DNA of 64,000 nucleotides from an uncultured bacterium (GCA_963713955.1 OY970216.1:732562-796561), one strand, 5' to 3'; positions 39,798 to 50,257 are shown, counted from the stretch's first letter. Notes: generated by a model from the sequence alone, not told the origin. Numbers and translations: made by a program.

Positions 39798-41543
39798 ATG
39801 ATGGCTTTCAACAACTCAATCGCAGAAATTTTCTACGGCATAGCCGAATACTTGGATATGGACGGTGTTCCTTTCAAGCCGCGCGCGTACGAAAAAGCCG
39901 CTGAGACAATCGAGGGTTTAGAAGAAGACGTTTCAGAAACATATCGGAGGGGCGGCTTGAAAGCCCTGGAAGAAATTCCCGGCGTCGGTGTATCCATGGC
40001 TGAGAAAATAGAAGAATTTATCAAAACCGGCAAGGTGAAATACTACGAGGATTTGAAAAAAAAGATACCCGTCGATGTGAGCGGCCTCCGGAAAGTCGAG
40101 GGGCTGGGCCCGCACTCGATAAAAAAGCTCTACGAAAAGTTGAAAATCAGAAGCGTGGAAGATTTGAAAAAAACTGCACAGGAAGGAAAGATAAGAAACG
40201 TGGAAGGCTTCGGCACGAAAAGCGAGGAGAAGATACTGAAAAGTCTCGAGTTCTTGAGTAAATCGTCCGGCAGATTCATCCTCGGGTTCGTTATGCCGGA
40301 AATACGCGAGATAGAGGCACGCATAAAGAGGCTGAACGGCGTCGAGAAGGCAACCGTCGCCGGATCCGTGCGGAGGATGAAGGAAACAATCGGCGATGCC
40401 GATATCCTGGTCGTTTCCCGAAAGCCGGGCCCGATCATGGATTACTTCGTGAAAATGCCCGAGGTAGTGAAGATAACCGCTGAGGGTGAAACGAAATCGG
40501 CGATCAAATTGAAATCCGGGTTGAACGTTGACCTGCGCATCGTTCCCGCCGCATCGTACGGGGCCGCTCTAAATTATTTCACCGGATCAAAAGCTCATAA
40601 CATCGCACTCCGGGAAATCGCCATAAAGAAAGGTATGAAACTCAATGAGTACGGGCTTTTTAAGATCAGAGGTAAAAAAGAGACCATGGTGGCCGGCGGG
40701 ACTGAAGAGGAACTATATAAAGCGCTGGGGTTAAGATACATAGAGCCGGAGATGCGCGAGAATACCGGAGAAATCGAACTCGCGCGGGAAAACAGACTAC
40801 CGAAGCTCATCGGCTACCGCGACCTTCGAGGCGACCTCCAAGTACAAACAAATTGGACCGACGGCTCGGATTCCATAGAAACCATGGCTCGCGCGGCTGC
40901 CAAAGCGGGCCTCGAGTATATCGTGATCACCGACCATACAAAACACCTCGCGATGACCCACGGTTTGGATGAGAAAAAAGTCCTGAAGCAGATGGCTGAA
41001 ATAGACCGGGTCAACAAAAAGCTTAAATCCGACGGCGTCCGAATGACCGTCTTGAAAGGCAGCGAGTGCGACGTCCTGAAAGACGGCACGCTGGACCTGC
41101 CGGACTCGATCCTGTCGAAGCTCGACGTCGTCGGTGCCGGCGTTCACTCTTATTTCAATCTGCCGCGCAAGGAACAAACCGAGAGGATAAAGAGAGCTAT
41201 GCGGAACAAAAACGTGGACGTTTTGTTCCACCCGACAGGCAGGGTTATACAAAAACGAGACGCGTACGACGTCGACATGGACGAGATCATTAAAGAGGCT
41301 AAAGAAACCGGCACGGTACTCGAGATAGACGCATTGCCGGAACGCGCCGATCTCAAGGACGAATACATAAGGAAATGCGTCGCCCGGGGAGTCAAAATGT
41401 CCATAGATTCCGACGCCCATTCCCCGCTCCATTTCCAGATTCTGGAATACGGCATCGCCCAGGCGAGGCGCGGATTCGCCGAGAAGAAAAACATCGTAAA
41501 CGCATGGCCGCTCGAGAGAATGAGAAGGTTGCTCAAGAACTGA
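39798..41543 (+). CDS. DNA polymerase X family protein (Pol beta-like + PHP domain)
   Basis: Tandem HhH motifs and a C-terminal PHP histidine cluster (HTKHLAMTHG...HSYFN...HPTGR...DSDAHS). Start at the MM codon 7 nt downstream of GGTATAAT. Confidence 0.85.
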   Translation: MMAFNNSIAEIFYGIAEYLDMDGVPFKPRAYEKAAETIEGLEEDVSETYRRGGLKALEEIPGVGVSMAEKIEEFIKTGKVKYYEDLKKKIPVDVSGLRKVEGLGPHSIKKLYEKLKIRSVEDLKKTAQEGKIRNVEGFGTKSEEKILKSLEFLSKSSGRFILGFVMPEIREIEARIKRLNGVEKATVAGSVRRMKETIGDADILVVSRKPGPIMDYFVKMPEVVKITAEGETKSAIKLKSGLNVDLRIVPAASYGAALNYFTGSKAHNIALREIAIKKGMKLNEYGLFKIRGKKETMVAGGTEEELYKALGLRYIEPEMRENTGEIELARENRLPKLIGYRDLRGDLQVQTNWTDGSDSIETMARAAAKAGLEYIVITDHTKHLAMTHGLDEKKVLKQMAEIDRVNKKLKSDGVRMTVLKGSECDVLKDGTLDLPDSILSKLDVVGAGVHSYFNLPRKEQTERIKRAMRNKNVDVLFHPTGRVIQKRDAYDVDMDEIIKEAKETGTVLEIDALPERADLKDEYIRKCVARGVKMSIDSDAHSPLHFQILEYGIAQARRGFAEKKNIVNAWPLERMRRLLKN

Positions 41544-41563
41544 AGAAGAGGTGGTTCCTCGGT

Positions 41564-42172
41564 ATGACGCTCGGCGCAATCCTGATCGTCAGCTTTATTC
41601 TTTTCAAAACGAACGTCCTCGGTCATTTTCTGAGAATCGCCGCACTGACTTTGAAAACCGACGAATTGGTGTACGAAAGCGGGAAAGTATCAAAAACCAC
41701 AAGTTCTACCAGTAACGGCAACAAAACCGTCGAAAGCAAGCCCCAGCCGCCGACAAAGGTGGTCATAAGCGAATTATTTCTCGGAAACGGTACCGCTCCT
41801 TCCTTCCTCGAACTCTACAACCCTGCGGGGAATCCGACAGATCTTACCAACTTTTCCATAAGAAGAAAAACGAAATCGGGCAGTGAAACTACGTTTGTTT
41901 CCGCGAAAAGATTCGAGGACGTCGTGCTCGGCGCCCACGATTATCTCCTCATCGTCCAAGCCAGCTCAACAATGCAAGGAGATATTTACTGGCCCAAATC
42001 CTACAGCCTGCCGAAAGCCGATTCGTCACTATCCCTCTACGATCCGGACGGGAAGAAAATAGATGAGATCTCGTGGAGTGTAATGCCTCCCAGTGCAAGC
42101 CTCGCGAGAATTTCGTGGGAAAGCAACGAGTTCGGAATACTGGAGAACCCGACACCACAGGGCAGTTTTTAA
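41564..42172 (+). CDS. membrane-anchored lamin-tail-domain protein
   Basis: TM followed by ISELFLGNGTAPSFLELYNPAGNPTDLTNFSI (LTD). Confidence 0.55.
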   Translation: MTLGAILIVSFILFKTNVLGHFLRIAALTLKTDELVYESGKVSKTTSSTSNGNKTVESKPQPPTKVVISELFLGNGTAPSFLELYNPAGNPTDLTNFSIRRKTKSGSETTFVSAKRFEDVVLGAHDYLLIVQASSTMQGDIYWPKSYSLPKADSSLSLYDPDGKKIDEISWSVMPPSASLARISWESNEFGILENPTPQGSF

Positions 42173-42933
42173 TCGAAACTCAAAAGTCCAGAACCGATTT
42201 GCAGAAATACCAAAAGAAGGATAAGACCGTCTATTGACACCTCCTTCATCTTGTTGATGTTTTTTTCTCTTTCTTTTACCCATTCCGCAATGGATTTTTT
42301 GTAACTCTCTTCCCCGCCGAAGAGATCAAGGAGAAATTCCCGATGCGTCACCGAAGGAAAGTTGCGCCAGCCACAGTAGTCCATATGGCTGCTCCACCGG
42401 TACGAATTGAGAAATTTAATGTCGTCGCGATCGCCGTCCTTCAAGTCGAGAGGGTTTGCGTGTATGTAATGCGGTACGTGGAGGAGATGACGATTACTCT
42501 TCACCTGAACTGCCTTGAACCTACCCTGGAAAAGAACACCGCTCCTCCCATACTTTTGGTTAAAGTAAAGCGCATAGCCCGCTCCCATTTTCTGCATAAA
42601 TTGAGTAATGCTGTTTTCCTTTCTCTGCCTCAAGAGCAAATGAAAATGGTTGGGCATGAGCGTGAAAGAAAGTACGTCAACCAGTATTTTCCTTTTCTTC
42701 CTTGGTTTCTCGCATTCGCGATCGCGGAACTCTATTCCCGCCACCCTTACGGGGTTCTTCATAAATTCATAAGTCATGTTTCGGACGTCGTCCTCATCAT
42801 TAAACTCAAAAAGATCATGGACGAATCTTAAGTAATCCTTTTCATCCATGAATATCTTCCGCTTGTCGGCTCCGCGGTTGTAAACGTGATAGATCCCATT
42901 CTCTTCTAAAACCCCCCTTCTCATACTTCTCAT
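42169..42933 (-). CDS. REP-associated tyrosine transposase (IS200/Y1 HUH family)
   Basis: HVYNRG..., HUH motif LMPNHFHLLL, catalytic Tyr motif YIHANPL. Confidence 0.8.
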   Translation of the reverse strand: MRSMRRGVLEENGIYHVYNRGADKRKIFMDEKDYLRFVHDLFEFNDEDDVRNMTYEFMKNPVRVAGIEFRDRECEKPRKKRKILVDVLSFTLMPNHFHLLLRQRKENSITQFMQKMGAGYALYFNQKYGRSGVLFQGRFKAVQVKSNRHLLHVPHYIHANPLDLKDGDRDDIKFLNSYRWSSHMDYCGWRNFPSVTHREFLLDLFGGEESYKKSIAEWVKEREKNINKMKEVSIDGLILLLVFLQIGSGLLSFD

Positions 42934-43018
42934 TTTAGCATTCTGGGGTTATCCACAGATTTATGGAGAGCGGGAGGCCAGATATTTAGGGGATAAACTC
43001 TATTGTAAAATGGAGAAA

Positions 43019-44200
43019 TCAAGAACCGCACCAAGTTACGATCACAACACCACTTCCCCCAGCACCTCCATTACCACCCTGTCCCCCAGTCTCGTTACCG
43101 CCGCCGCCTCCGCCGGCGCCAAAGTTAGTTCCTGCTGCTCCGTTCGCGGCATTAGAGCTACCGGCACCGCCATTTCCTAAAGCCGAAGCCCCTCCCCCAG
43201 CCCCAAAACCACTGCCGTCACCACCGTAATAAGCGCCTGCGTTACTACCACCGCTGCCGTTACTGCCGCCATTACCGCCTGCGTAACCTGCGGCACTAGT
43301 AGCACCGCTGCCGCCTCCGCCGTTGACACCACCCGTACTACCGCCTCCGCCGCCGACGCCACCACTCACGGTAAGAGTACCGAATGAAGACGTTCCACCG
43401 CTGCCACCCGAGTAACCATTACTGTTGACGTCCCCACCAGTGCCGCCTCCGCCGGCACCACCAACCACCACTGACACATTACCGCTTATCGCATAATAGT
43501 AACCCGCTACCACCGCGCCGCCTCCGCCGCCACCTCCGCCAGATTGCCATGAACCGCCACCGCCACCACCGCCACCACCGGCGAGCGTTACCGATACCAA
43601 CGAAACGTTGCTCGGTTTGACAAATGTATAAGCGCCCGAAGTCGCATAAGTCTGTTGATGACATCCCTGCATATCAACATATGCCTTCGTGGCAGCATCC
43701 GTTGATTGAACCGGATTAGCTAAACCGGTTACCGTGCCGCTCACTACCGTTATAGTCCCGTTAACAGCTAAGGCTGACGAGGGAGCCGCCGTACCTATGC
43801 CTACGCGCTTGTTGGCAGTATCGACATTAAAAACAACCGTACCACCAGAACTTTGAATCTGGAGCATTCCCGTTGTATCAGTAGTTGGCTTGAAAATATA
43901 CTGGCTGTTGCTCCCGGAAGCACCAGAGCCGAAAGTACCTTGGGTAACATAAGCGGCATTAACCTGACTTCCCGCGCCAAAAGCGACGGGGGTGCTTGTA
44001 TTGCTGCAGCCCATGAACTGGTTCGTGGAAGAAGAGTAGAAGATTAAGCCTGGCGTACAAGGGAGGTTGGTTACTTGAGGAACGAAGGTGACCGAGGTAA
44101 GTTGAGAAGCGCTGCTTGTGCCATATTCAAGCACAAACACGCTGACGAGTGATAGAATGATCGAGGTTACGATGAGGAATGTGCTTTTTTTGTTGAGCAT
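43019..44200 (-). CDS. Gly-rich secreted protein with tail-fibre-like motif (paralog 1)
   Basis: Signal anchor and conserved N-terminal module SQLTSVTFVPQ...LIFYSSSTNQFMGC, then KRVGIGTAAPSSALAVNGTIT...TDAATKAYVD, then ~230 aa of poly-Gly/Ser. Confidence 0.6.
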   Translation of the reverse strand: MLNKKSTFLIVTSIILSLVSVFVLEYGTSSASQLTSVTFVPQVTNLPCTPGLIFYSSSTNQFMGCSNTSTPVAFGAGSQVNAAYVTQGTFGSGASGSNSQYIFKPTTDTTGMLQIQSSGGTVVFNVDTANKRVGIGTAAPSSALAVNGTITVVSGTVTGLANPVQSTDAATKAYVDMQGCHQQTYATSGAYTFVKPSNVSLVSVTLAGGGGGGGGGSWQSGGGGGGGGAVVAGYYYAISGNVSVVVGGAGGGGTGGDVNSNGYSGGSGGTSSFGTLTVSGGVGGGGGSTGGVNGGGGSGATSAAGYAGGNGGSNGSGGSNAGAYYGGDGSGFGAGGGASALGNGGAGSSNAANGAAGTNFGAGGGGGGNETGGQGGNGGAGGSGVVIVTWCGS

Positions 44201-44303
44201 AGATCTTATTAAAATACTATAATCGCTTTTTATTTATTACAAGTGTGCCGCTGGGATGGGGAGTGGGAGACCTAAATTTTTGGGGGACAATTTCCTCATT
44301 TCA

Positions 44304-44900
44304 TCACAGTATGATTTTTCCTACGAGATCCTGCTTCCGCACAAACCCAAAGTACGTACTATCAACACTTCCGGCAGGAAGATTCCCCAAAATCATATAG
44401 ATATCAGGCGGGATAATTCCATTAACTTCGGCCACGTAACGCGAGAACATATTAAAAACTTCGTTATTTATAGCATACGGTATGCCTACTGTGGTTTGAA
44501 GTAGCGCACCGTTTACTACAATATTCCATGAACCACCTGCCTTCTTAAGCGAGACGATATCTCCGGGGACGGCTTTTATAATTTTGATAATCGGTTCGTT
44601 GCCGTATAAATAAACTACAATATCGCCTCTCTGTGGATTGTGACAAGCATAATAACCAATAAGCGCCTCCACGACTTGTCCTGGCGTGATGAAACCGGAA
44701 AGTGAATTACCATGAACAGTCACTCTCCCCACCTGCACTGGACACGTATCTTGAGATACAAATAAGGAAGATGTAACTGACGCGACATCGACTGCCGAAC
44801 GTTGAGAAATGTGAACGAACGCAACAACACACAGTACAAATGCAAGTACTAGAAAAGCTACAACCAAAACAAAAGTGAGGAAACGTTCCCGCGATTTCAT
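44304..44900 (-). CDS. signal peptidase I paralog (S26)
   Basis: GNSLSGFI Ser box, RGDIV, GNLPAGSVDSTYFGFV box. Confidence 0.75.
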   Translation of the reverse strand: MKSRERFLTFVLVVAFLVLAFVLCVVAFVHISQRSAVDVASVTSSLFVSQDTCPVQVGRVTVHGNSLSGFITPGQVVEALIGYYACHNPQRGDIVVYLYGNEPIIKIIKAVPGDIVSLKKAGGSWNIVVNGALLQTTVGIPYAINNEVFNMFSRYVAEVNGIIPPDIYMILGNLPAGSVDSTYFGFVRKQDLVGKIIL

Positions 44901-44967
44901 AGGAGAATAATTGGAAACTTACCTGGAAATCAGCGCAACAATCTGCGGGAGTTTCATGACATAAAAA

Positions 44968-46275
44968 CTACTGCCACCATACAACAATTGCAAAGCCAGG
45001 TTTACCCGCGCCGCCGGCACCACAGTCGCTACTACCACCACCGCCACCACCACCACCACCGCTGCCGTAGCCACTGCCACTACTACCGCCGCTGCCGCAG
45101 GTGGCAGCGCCGCCGGCACCACCGGTACCGCCACTGCCGTACGCGGAGCCGCCGCCGCCGCCTCCGCCGCCACCATTAGAGATACTACCACTAGCACCCG
45201 CGCCACCCTGACCTCCAGAACCACCAGAACCGACGCCACCAGCACCACCGGTACCGCCACTATTGCTACTATTATAGCCGCCGGCACCGCCGCCGCCGCC
45301 GCCGCTGCCCCAGCTACCAATAATACCGGAACCGTCGATGGGACCGCCGGCACCGCCGCTGCCATAGTTACCACCAGCACCACCGGCAGCATTCACAAGA
45401 CCGCCGGCACCGCCGCCGCCACCGCCGGCAGTAAGGGATCCAAAAGAGGAAACGCCACCGCCACCGCCGCTGGTTCCATTCCAGCTACTACCACTGTTGC
45501 CACCAGCACCACCGGAACCTCCAGCACCGATCGTAACTGAAACACTAGCACTCACTTGAACTGGCCAACTTGTATAACACGTACCGGCGCCGCCTCCGCC
45601 AGCACCGGAAGCGCTGTTACCATTGTTGGCGCCACCGCCACCGCCGGCACCGCCGCCGCAAATTGTTAGCCATACCATGTTAACCCCAGACGGATAAGTC
45701 CATGTTCCATTCGAGGTGAAAGTCTGGACGTGCGGAGTTAATACAGTCGCCGCGCTCACTTGCGTCGTGCCATCGGGGAACATAAAACCGCCTGTAGTGG
45801 ATTGGATAGTTCCGGCAACTGAAAGTTTCTGCCCCGGGCTCGCCGTTCCGACACCCACTCTTTGATTTGAGGTATCGACATCGAAAACAACCGTGCCGGA
45901 GGAGTTCTGGATTTGAAACATCGCCGTGGAATTGTTGGTCGGTTCGAAGATGTATTGGTTATTGCTTCCGGAAGTGCCTGAACCGAAAGCACCCTGCGAA
46001 ATATAGGCAGTACTAAGATAACTTCCGGAAGAACCGCCAGTTGCAAAAAAGGAAACTGGAGCACCTGTGCTGTTGCACCCCATGAACTGATTCGTGGAAG
46101 AAGAGTAGAAGATGAGTCCGGGGGCGCAGGTGGGATTCGTAGTCTGGGGAACGAAGGTTATGGAAGTAAGCTGGGAAGCGTAACCGGATTTCGTGTTCAA
46201 AAAAGCGACGGAGGCCACCAAAAGCACTATTGCCAACACCGCTAACACTCCGCTCTTTTTATTTATTGTTTTCAT
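44968..46275 (-). CDS. Gly-rich secreted protein with tail-fibre-like motif (paralog 2)
   Basis: Same N-terminal module as 43019-44200, then QRVGVGTASPGQKLSVAGTI, then a long Gly-rich tail. Confidence 0.6.
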   Translation of the reverse strand: MKTINKKSGVLAVLAIVLLVASVAFLNTKSGYASQLTSITFVPQTTNPTCAPGLIFYSSSTNQFMGCNSTGAPVSFFATGGSSGSYLSTAYISQGAFGSGTSGSNNQYIFEPTNNSTAMFQIQNSSGTVVFDVDTSNQRVGVGTASPGQKLSVAGTIQSTTGGFMFPDGTTQVSAATVLTPHVQTFTSNGTWTYPSGVNMVWLTICGGGAGGGGGANNGNSASGAGGGGAGTCYTSWPVQVSASVSVTIGAGGSGGAGGNSGSSWNGTSGGGGGVSSFGSLTAGGGGGGAGGLVNAAGGAGGNYGSGGAGGPIDGSGIIGSWGSGGGGGGAGGYNSSNSGGTGGAGGVGSGGSGGQGGAGASGSISNGGGGGGGGGSAYGSGGTGGAGGAATCGSGGSSGSGYGSGGGGGGGGGSSDCGAGGAGKPGFAIVVWWQ

Positions 46276-46320
46276 CGTTGTTTATTATTATACAATATCC
46301 ATACCATTATACCATTCGGC

Positions 46321-46893
46321 TTATTTCTTGTTCACGATAAGCGTGCCTTGGGGATTGCCAGAGCAGGAAGTTGCGCAGTAAAACTGGTACTGGCCGTAGA
46401 TGGTAGCCTGGAATTGGACGTGGGCTGTCTTTCCCTTGCTTGCCGTGAGGCTCGCCGCGAAATCCGGGAAGTACATATCGTACGTTCCGTCGGTCGCGCT
46501 CAAAGTCAGGTCGATGATGTCGCCCTCGTTGACGACTATCGTGTCCGGCGAAAACTGGCCCTTTACACCCGAGATGTTGAACTGCCGGAAACTTATAGGA
46601 CCCGTGTTAATGACATTCACCGGCACGGCAACGCCCGCCGGGACGGCGCTCGCGTTCTGATCGGGAGTCGCAATGTCATTTTTGATGGTAACCCGCGTGC
46701 CTCCCTCTACCGTCGGGAGCGCATTCGGATCGTTCGCCGCCAGATACCCTTGTGCCGAAACTACTGATACTGTCTTATTCCCATTCGCAGCCGGCACATT
46801 TTTCCCCATCCTCATGCCAACGTATACCGCAATGGCGATGATCACCACTACTCCCACACAAATACAGAGAATCCATTTCTTATCGATCTTCAT
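46321..46893 (-). CDS. hypothetical membrane-anchored protein
   Basis: N-terminal TM; C-terminal YQFYCATSC segment; family unclear. Confidence 0.45.
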   Translation of the reverse strand: MKIDKKWILCICVGVVVIIAIAVYVGMRMGKNVPAANGNKTVSVVSAQGYLAANDPNALPTVEGGTRVTIKNDIATPDQNASAVPAGVAVPVNVINTGPISFRQFNISGVKGQFSPDTIVVNEGDIIDLTLSATDGTYDMYFPDFAASLTASKGKTAHVQFQATIYGQYQFYCATSCSGNPQGTLIVNKK

Positions 46894-46931
46894 GGAACAC
46901 TTACATTATAACATACTCACATCGCAAAACA

Positions 46932-48389
46932 TCAAAAAGACTTAACCCGATAATACAAACCTATTTTATCCGAATAAGGGGTTGTCGCCCCGTCGGCGCT
47001 AGGTTTGAAATCAGCCTTCCATAAGAGCTCTTGCCCAGCGGCATTCAAAAACGACACTAAGCTGCCATCATTGTCTTTATACCATCCAGTTCCGTCGTTT
47101 GACACGTAAAAATCAACCTGGCTTCCGTCGTTTTTGAAACTTCCCGGATCAAAGTAAAACGAGGCGGCTACAACAATGCCCGCTTGGCTGTTGATGTTCG
47201 AGGAAACGATGAATCGCTCCGCACTCTTGTCAAATCCCAAATCCGTGAAAGCGTAATACGCGACCATCCCAGAGGATCCGGTAATTTGAGCCACGAGGGT
47301 CGCATCGCTACCAGCTTGAGCTTCCTCGAAAGACGCGGCTTTCTCTCCATGCGTGAAAAGTTCCCCCGATAAGTCAACCGCACCCTGAATCTCGTCCGTG
47401 CCGTTCGTAAAAAGCTTGATGAGCCTCGGCGATCCGGCAGCGGCATTCCAAACGTACCAATTCACGGAATTACCTTGAGCCACTCTGATCACCGCCGGGG
47501 TAATCCCACCGTTCATCACCCGCATACCGAGGTACGGGGATATGTCTTGCACGTTCCACGGGCCGGAAGCAGCGCGTGCTACTCTCGCCCCGGCTCCAGT
47601 CACGGCACCGTAAATGACCATAAAATCATCCGGCGTACCGCCGACGCCGACCGACCCAGGATAATCTGAGATAATCGGCGTCGAGGTCGCACTCAAAATT
47701 TCGGAACCGTCGGAAGCAAAAACGAGAATTTTGTACTTGCCGCTATCCTGGATGACCTTAGTGGTTATTCCCGCGGGCCCCCGGGGCGCCTCCAGTGCCC
47801 CGGGGGAACCCGCGATCGGCTGCCACGTGTATTTCGGCGGGAACATGAACGCCGTTTCATTGATATCTTGATACATGGTCGTCGAGGCAGAGTTTATCCA
47901 ACCGTTACCGGAAAACAAATCGGTAAAGCTCGTGTAAACCAAATTGGACGGCGATGGCGCCCCGGCCGGTGCAGACGGCTGTGTGATCGTCGCTGAGGAG
48001 GTAGTAGTGGAAAGCGGCGTAGTCGACGTAGTCGACGTCGATGTCGGCGACGTAGATGTCTCAGCGGCTGGTATCGCCAGAGGAGCGGATACCGGCGGCG
48101 ATACAGGATGCGAAACCCTGCTCCCCTCAAGCTTGTTCTGGATATTCAGGATCACTCCCTCAAAAATCCTTGCTTCAATCGCCTGCTTCACGAAACGCGC
48201 AGCCGTCACGACGCAAATGAAAAGCCCGACCACAAAAACCGCCGTCATGACAGCGACGCCGACGCCGGAGAAAAAAGTCTTGATCCCCCTCTTGCCGAAA
48301 ACCCTCGGCTTGCCCCAATTGGCGTACTTCCACTTCTTTCTCTTTCGATGCTGTTTCTCCTTCTTCTCAACAAAATTTACAACTTTCAT
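46932..48389 (-). CDS. hypothetical secreted/anchored S/T-rich protein
   Basis: TM, S/T/P-rich linker, large C-terminal domain of unknown family. Confidence 0.45.
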   Translation of the reverse strand: MKVVNFVEKKEKQHRKRKKWKYANWGKPRVFGKRGIKTFFSGVGVAVMTAVFVVGLFICVVTAARFVKQAIEARIFEGVILNIQNKLEGSRVSHPVSPPVSAPLAIPAAETSTSPTSTSTTSTTPLSTTTSSATITQPSAPAGAPSPSNLVYTSFTDLFSGNGWINSASTTMYQDINETAFMFPPKYTWQPIAGSPGALEAPRGPAGITTKVIQDSGKYKILVFASDGSEILSATSTPIISDYPGSVGVGGTPDDFMVIYGAVTGAGARVARAASGPWNVQDISPYLGMRVMNGGITPAVIRVAQGNSVNWYVWNAAAGSPRLIKLFTNGTDEIQGAVDLSGELFTHGEKAASFEEAQAGSDATLVAQITGSSGMVAYYAFTDLGFDKSAERFIVSSNINSQAGIVVAASFYFDPGSFKNDGSQVDFYVSNDGTGWYKDNDGSLVSFLNAAGQELLWKADFKPSADGATTPYSDKIGLYYRVKSF

Positions 48390-48403
48390 GGGAGGCGAAG
48401 ATC

Positions 48404-49174
48404 CTACCTCATCGGCAATATGGTTCCCGATTCAGTAGTCGGAACGATATTGGGCCACTCGGACGCATCATAGCGCGGAGCAACGAGATGATAGGAAACT
48501 TCGAGGTCCTCCCCGGCACTCCGGGCGCTCGGGAGGCCATATATTATGACTTGTTCCTGCGCAGGATCGATTTCGTACCAAACCTGCCCGGGGAAATTCG
48601 GCGTCAGATACACGCCGATGTCTTTCATGTTTTTTCCTTCCTGTATGGTCTGCCAGAAAAGCCAGAGATCGCTGCCGCGCTCAGCTTTATTAAAATCGAT
48701 CGCGGCGGAGTATACAGTATCAGGTATTAAGTATCGAGCACCGCCGCCATACTTGCTACTTGACACTTGATACTCACTACTTGAAGAAAGCGTAAGCTTT
48801 CCAAATGTTTCAACCTTATACCCTATCGTATCGGCAACATAGGTTGCGTACGTGGCGTCGCCGATATGGTAAAGCGGATCAATGGAGGTAACGGTGAGTT
48901 TGTTCACGCCGCTAATATTCTGGCCGTTCATGTTCAAGTTGGTCTGCGCCGCGCCGCCCAATGACCAGTTTCCCGTGGCGCGGAACGTGCCCGAGACATC
49001 GAGCGTGTACGTCGGGGTTACCCCGATGCCGACGCTGCTGCTGCTGAATGTGAAAACGCCTGTCCCGTTCGGCGGCGATTGGGACGGCCCCGAAAACGCA
49101 AGGACGAAAATGGACGGAACGAGAATCGCCGTCACTGTTCCCAAGAATATGGTTACGAATTTTTCCCTCACCAT
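48404..49174 (-). CDS. secreted protein with tail-fibre-like VGIGV motif
   Basis: Signal anchor; SSSVGIGVTPTYTLDVSG motif related to the other three. Confidence 0.5.
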   Translation of the reverse strand: MVREKFVTIFLGTVTAILVPSIFVLAFSGPSQSPPNGTGVFTFSSSSVGIGVTPTYTLDVSGTFRATGNWSLGGAAQTNLNMNGQNISGVNKLTVTSIDPLYHIGDATYATYVADTIGYKVETFGKLTLSSSSEYQVSSSKYGGGARYLIPDTVYSAAIDFNKAERGSDLWLFWQTIQEGKNMKDIGVYLTPNFPGQVWYEIDPAQEQVIIYGLPSARSAGEDLEVSYHLVAPRYDASEWPNIVPTTESGTILPMR

Positions 49175-49285
49175 TTGCTACTATTATATCATGAACAAAA
49201 AGCAAATCTATCCGTGGATCATCATAGGGTTCATTGTGGCCCTCATCGTGATCTATCTCGCCCTCAGCAAGTAACTTAAGATTCG

Positions 49286-50257
49286 TCAACCCCGCTCCAC
49301 TCCCCTCAGGTAATCGTAAATGTTCAAAACAGCTTTGATGGCATCTCCCACGGAGATGTTGTTCTGTTTGTACAAAACATCGGTTACGTCTCCCGCCGCC
49401 CAGATGCCCGGCACGTTCGTCTTTTGGGTCTTGTGGTTGATAACCACCTCGCCCAGCTTATCCGTCTCGGCGAAACCGCCAACCAGACCGGAGTTGGGGA
49501 CGTTCCCGATTTCGACGAACACGCCCTGAACCGCAAGCTGCTTCGTTTCCCCGGAAGCTTTGTCTTTATATTTCACGGCGGTCACCATCTTACCGTCACC
49601 CAAAATTTCCTGGGCTTCGCCGTTCATGATTATCGTGACTTTCGGATTGGCTTTCACTTCATCCTGGGTCACCGGATCTCCTCTCAACACGTTGCTCCTC
49701 ACGAGAAGGCAAATGGATTTTGCATACGGCGTAAGATCCGCGACGGCCTCAAGTGCCGAATTCCCGCCCCCGACGACAACCGTGTCCTTGCCGCCGAAAA
49801 GCGGCGCGTCGCAGGTGGAGCAGTACACAACCCCCCGACCCTCGTATTCCTTCTCGCCCGGCACCCCGAGTTTCTTCCGGGAGCTGCCCGAGGCCAGGAG
49901 GACCGTCTTCGTCTCGAGGATCTTGCCATTTTTGGTCGTTACTTTGAATGATGACATCGCTTGACCACCCGAGCGGCCCGCCTCGCCGGCGGGCAGGGCC
50001 TGCGTTTCTATTTTCATGACCAGATCGCCTTCGTCGATCTCTATATCCGGGTGGGCCTTGAGATGAGCTTCCAGCTTCCCGGCGAGATCGAATCCTGAAA
50101 TCTTAACGTCCCCTATCCAGTTTCCTATTTCATTGGAAACCAACGACTGCCCCCCGAAAGAATCGGTGATGAGAACTGTTTTTATTTTTTTTCTGGCCGC
50201 GTACACGCCGGCCGCGACGCCCGCGGGGCCGCCGCCCACAATGACTAAATCATACAT
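49286..50257 (-). CDS. trxB: thioredoxin-disulfide reductase
   Basis: FAD motif VIVGGGPAG, redox-active CSTCD, and a second GGGNSA NAD(P)-binding motif. Confidence 0.85.
   Translation of the reverse strand: MYDLVIVGGGPAGVAAGVYAARKKIKTVLITDSFGGQSLVSNEIGNWIGDVKISGFDLAGKLEAHLKAHPDIEIDEGDLVMKIETQALPAGEAGRSGGQAMSSFKVTTKNGKILETKTVLLASGSSRKKLGVPGEKEYEGRGVVYCSTCDAPLFGGKDTVVVGGGNSALEAVADLTPYAKSICLLVRSNVLRGDPVTQDEVKANPKVTIIMNGEAQEILGDGKMVTAVKYKDKASGETKQLAVQGVFVEIGNVPNSGLVGGFAETDKLGEVVINHKTQKTNVPGIWAAGDVTDVLYKQNNISVGDAIKAVLNIYDYLRGVERG

Noticed and set aside
41375-41563. N-terminal extension of the LTD protein ORF (MRRPGSQ...)
   Set aside because: It overlaps the PolX C-terminus in another frame. The start at MTLGAILIV, following the PolX stop, is more plausible.
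44919-45392. Poly-Ala/Val ORF and His/Arg-rich ORF (44988-45179)
   Set aside because: These are alternative reading frames of the GC-rich Gly-codon tract of gene 44968-46275. The Gly-rich frame is the long one and has a signal peptide.
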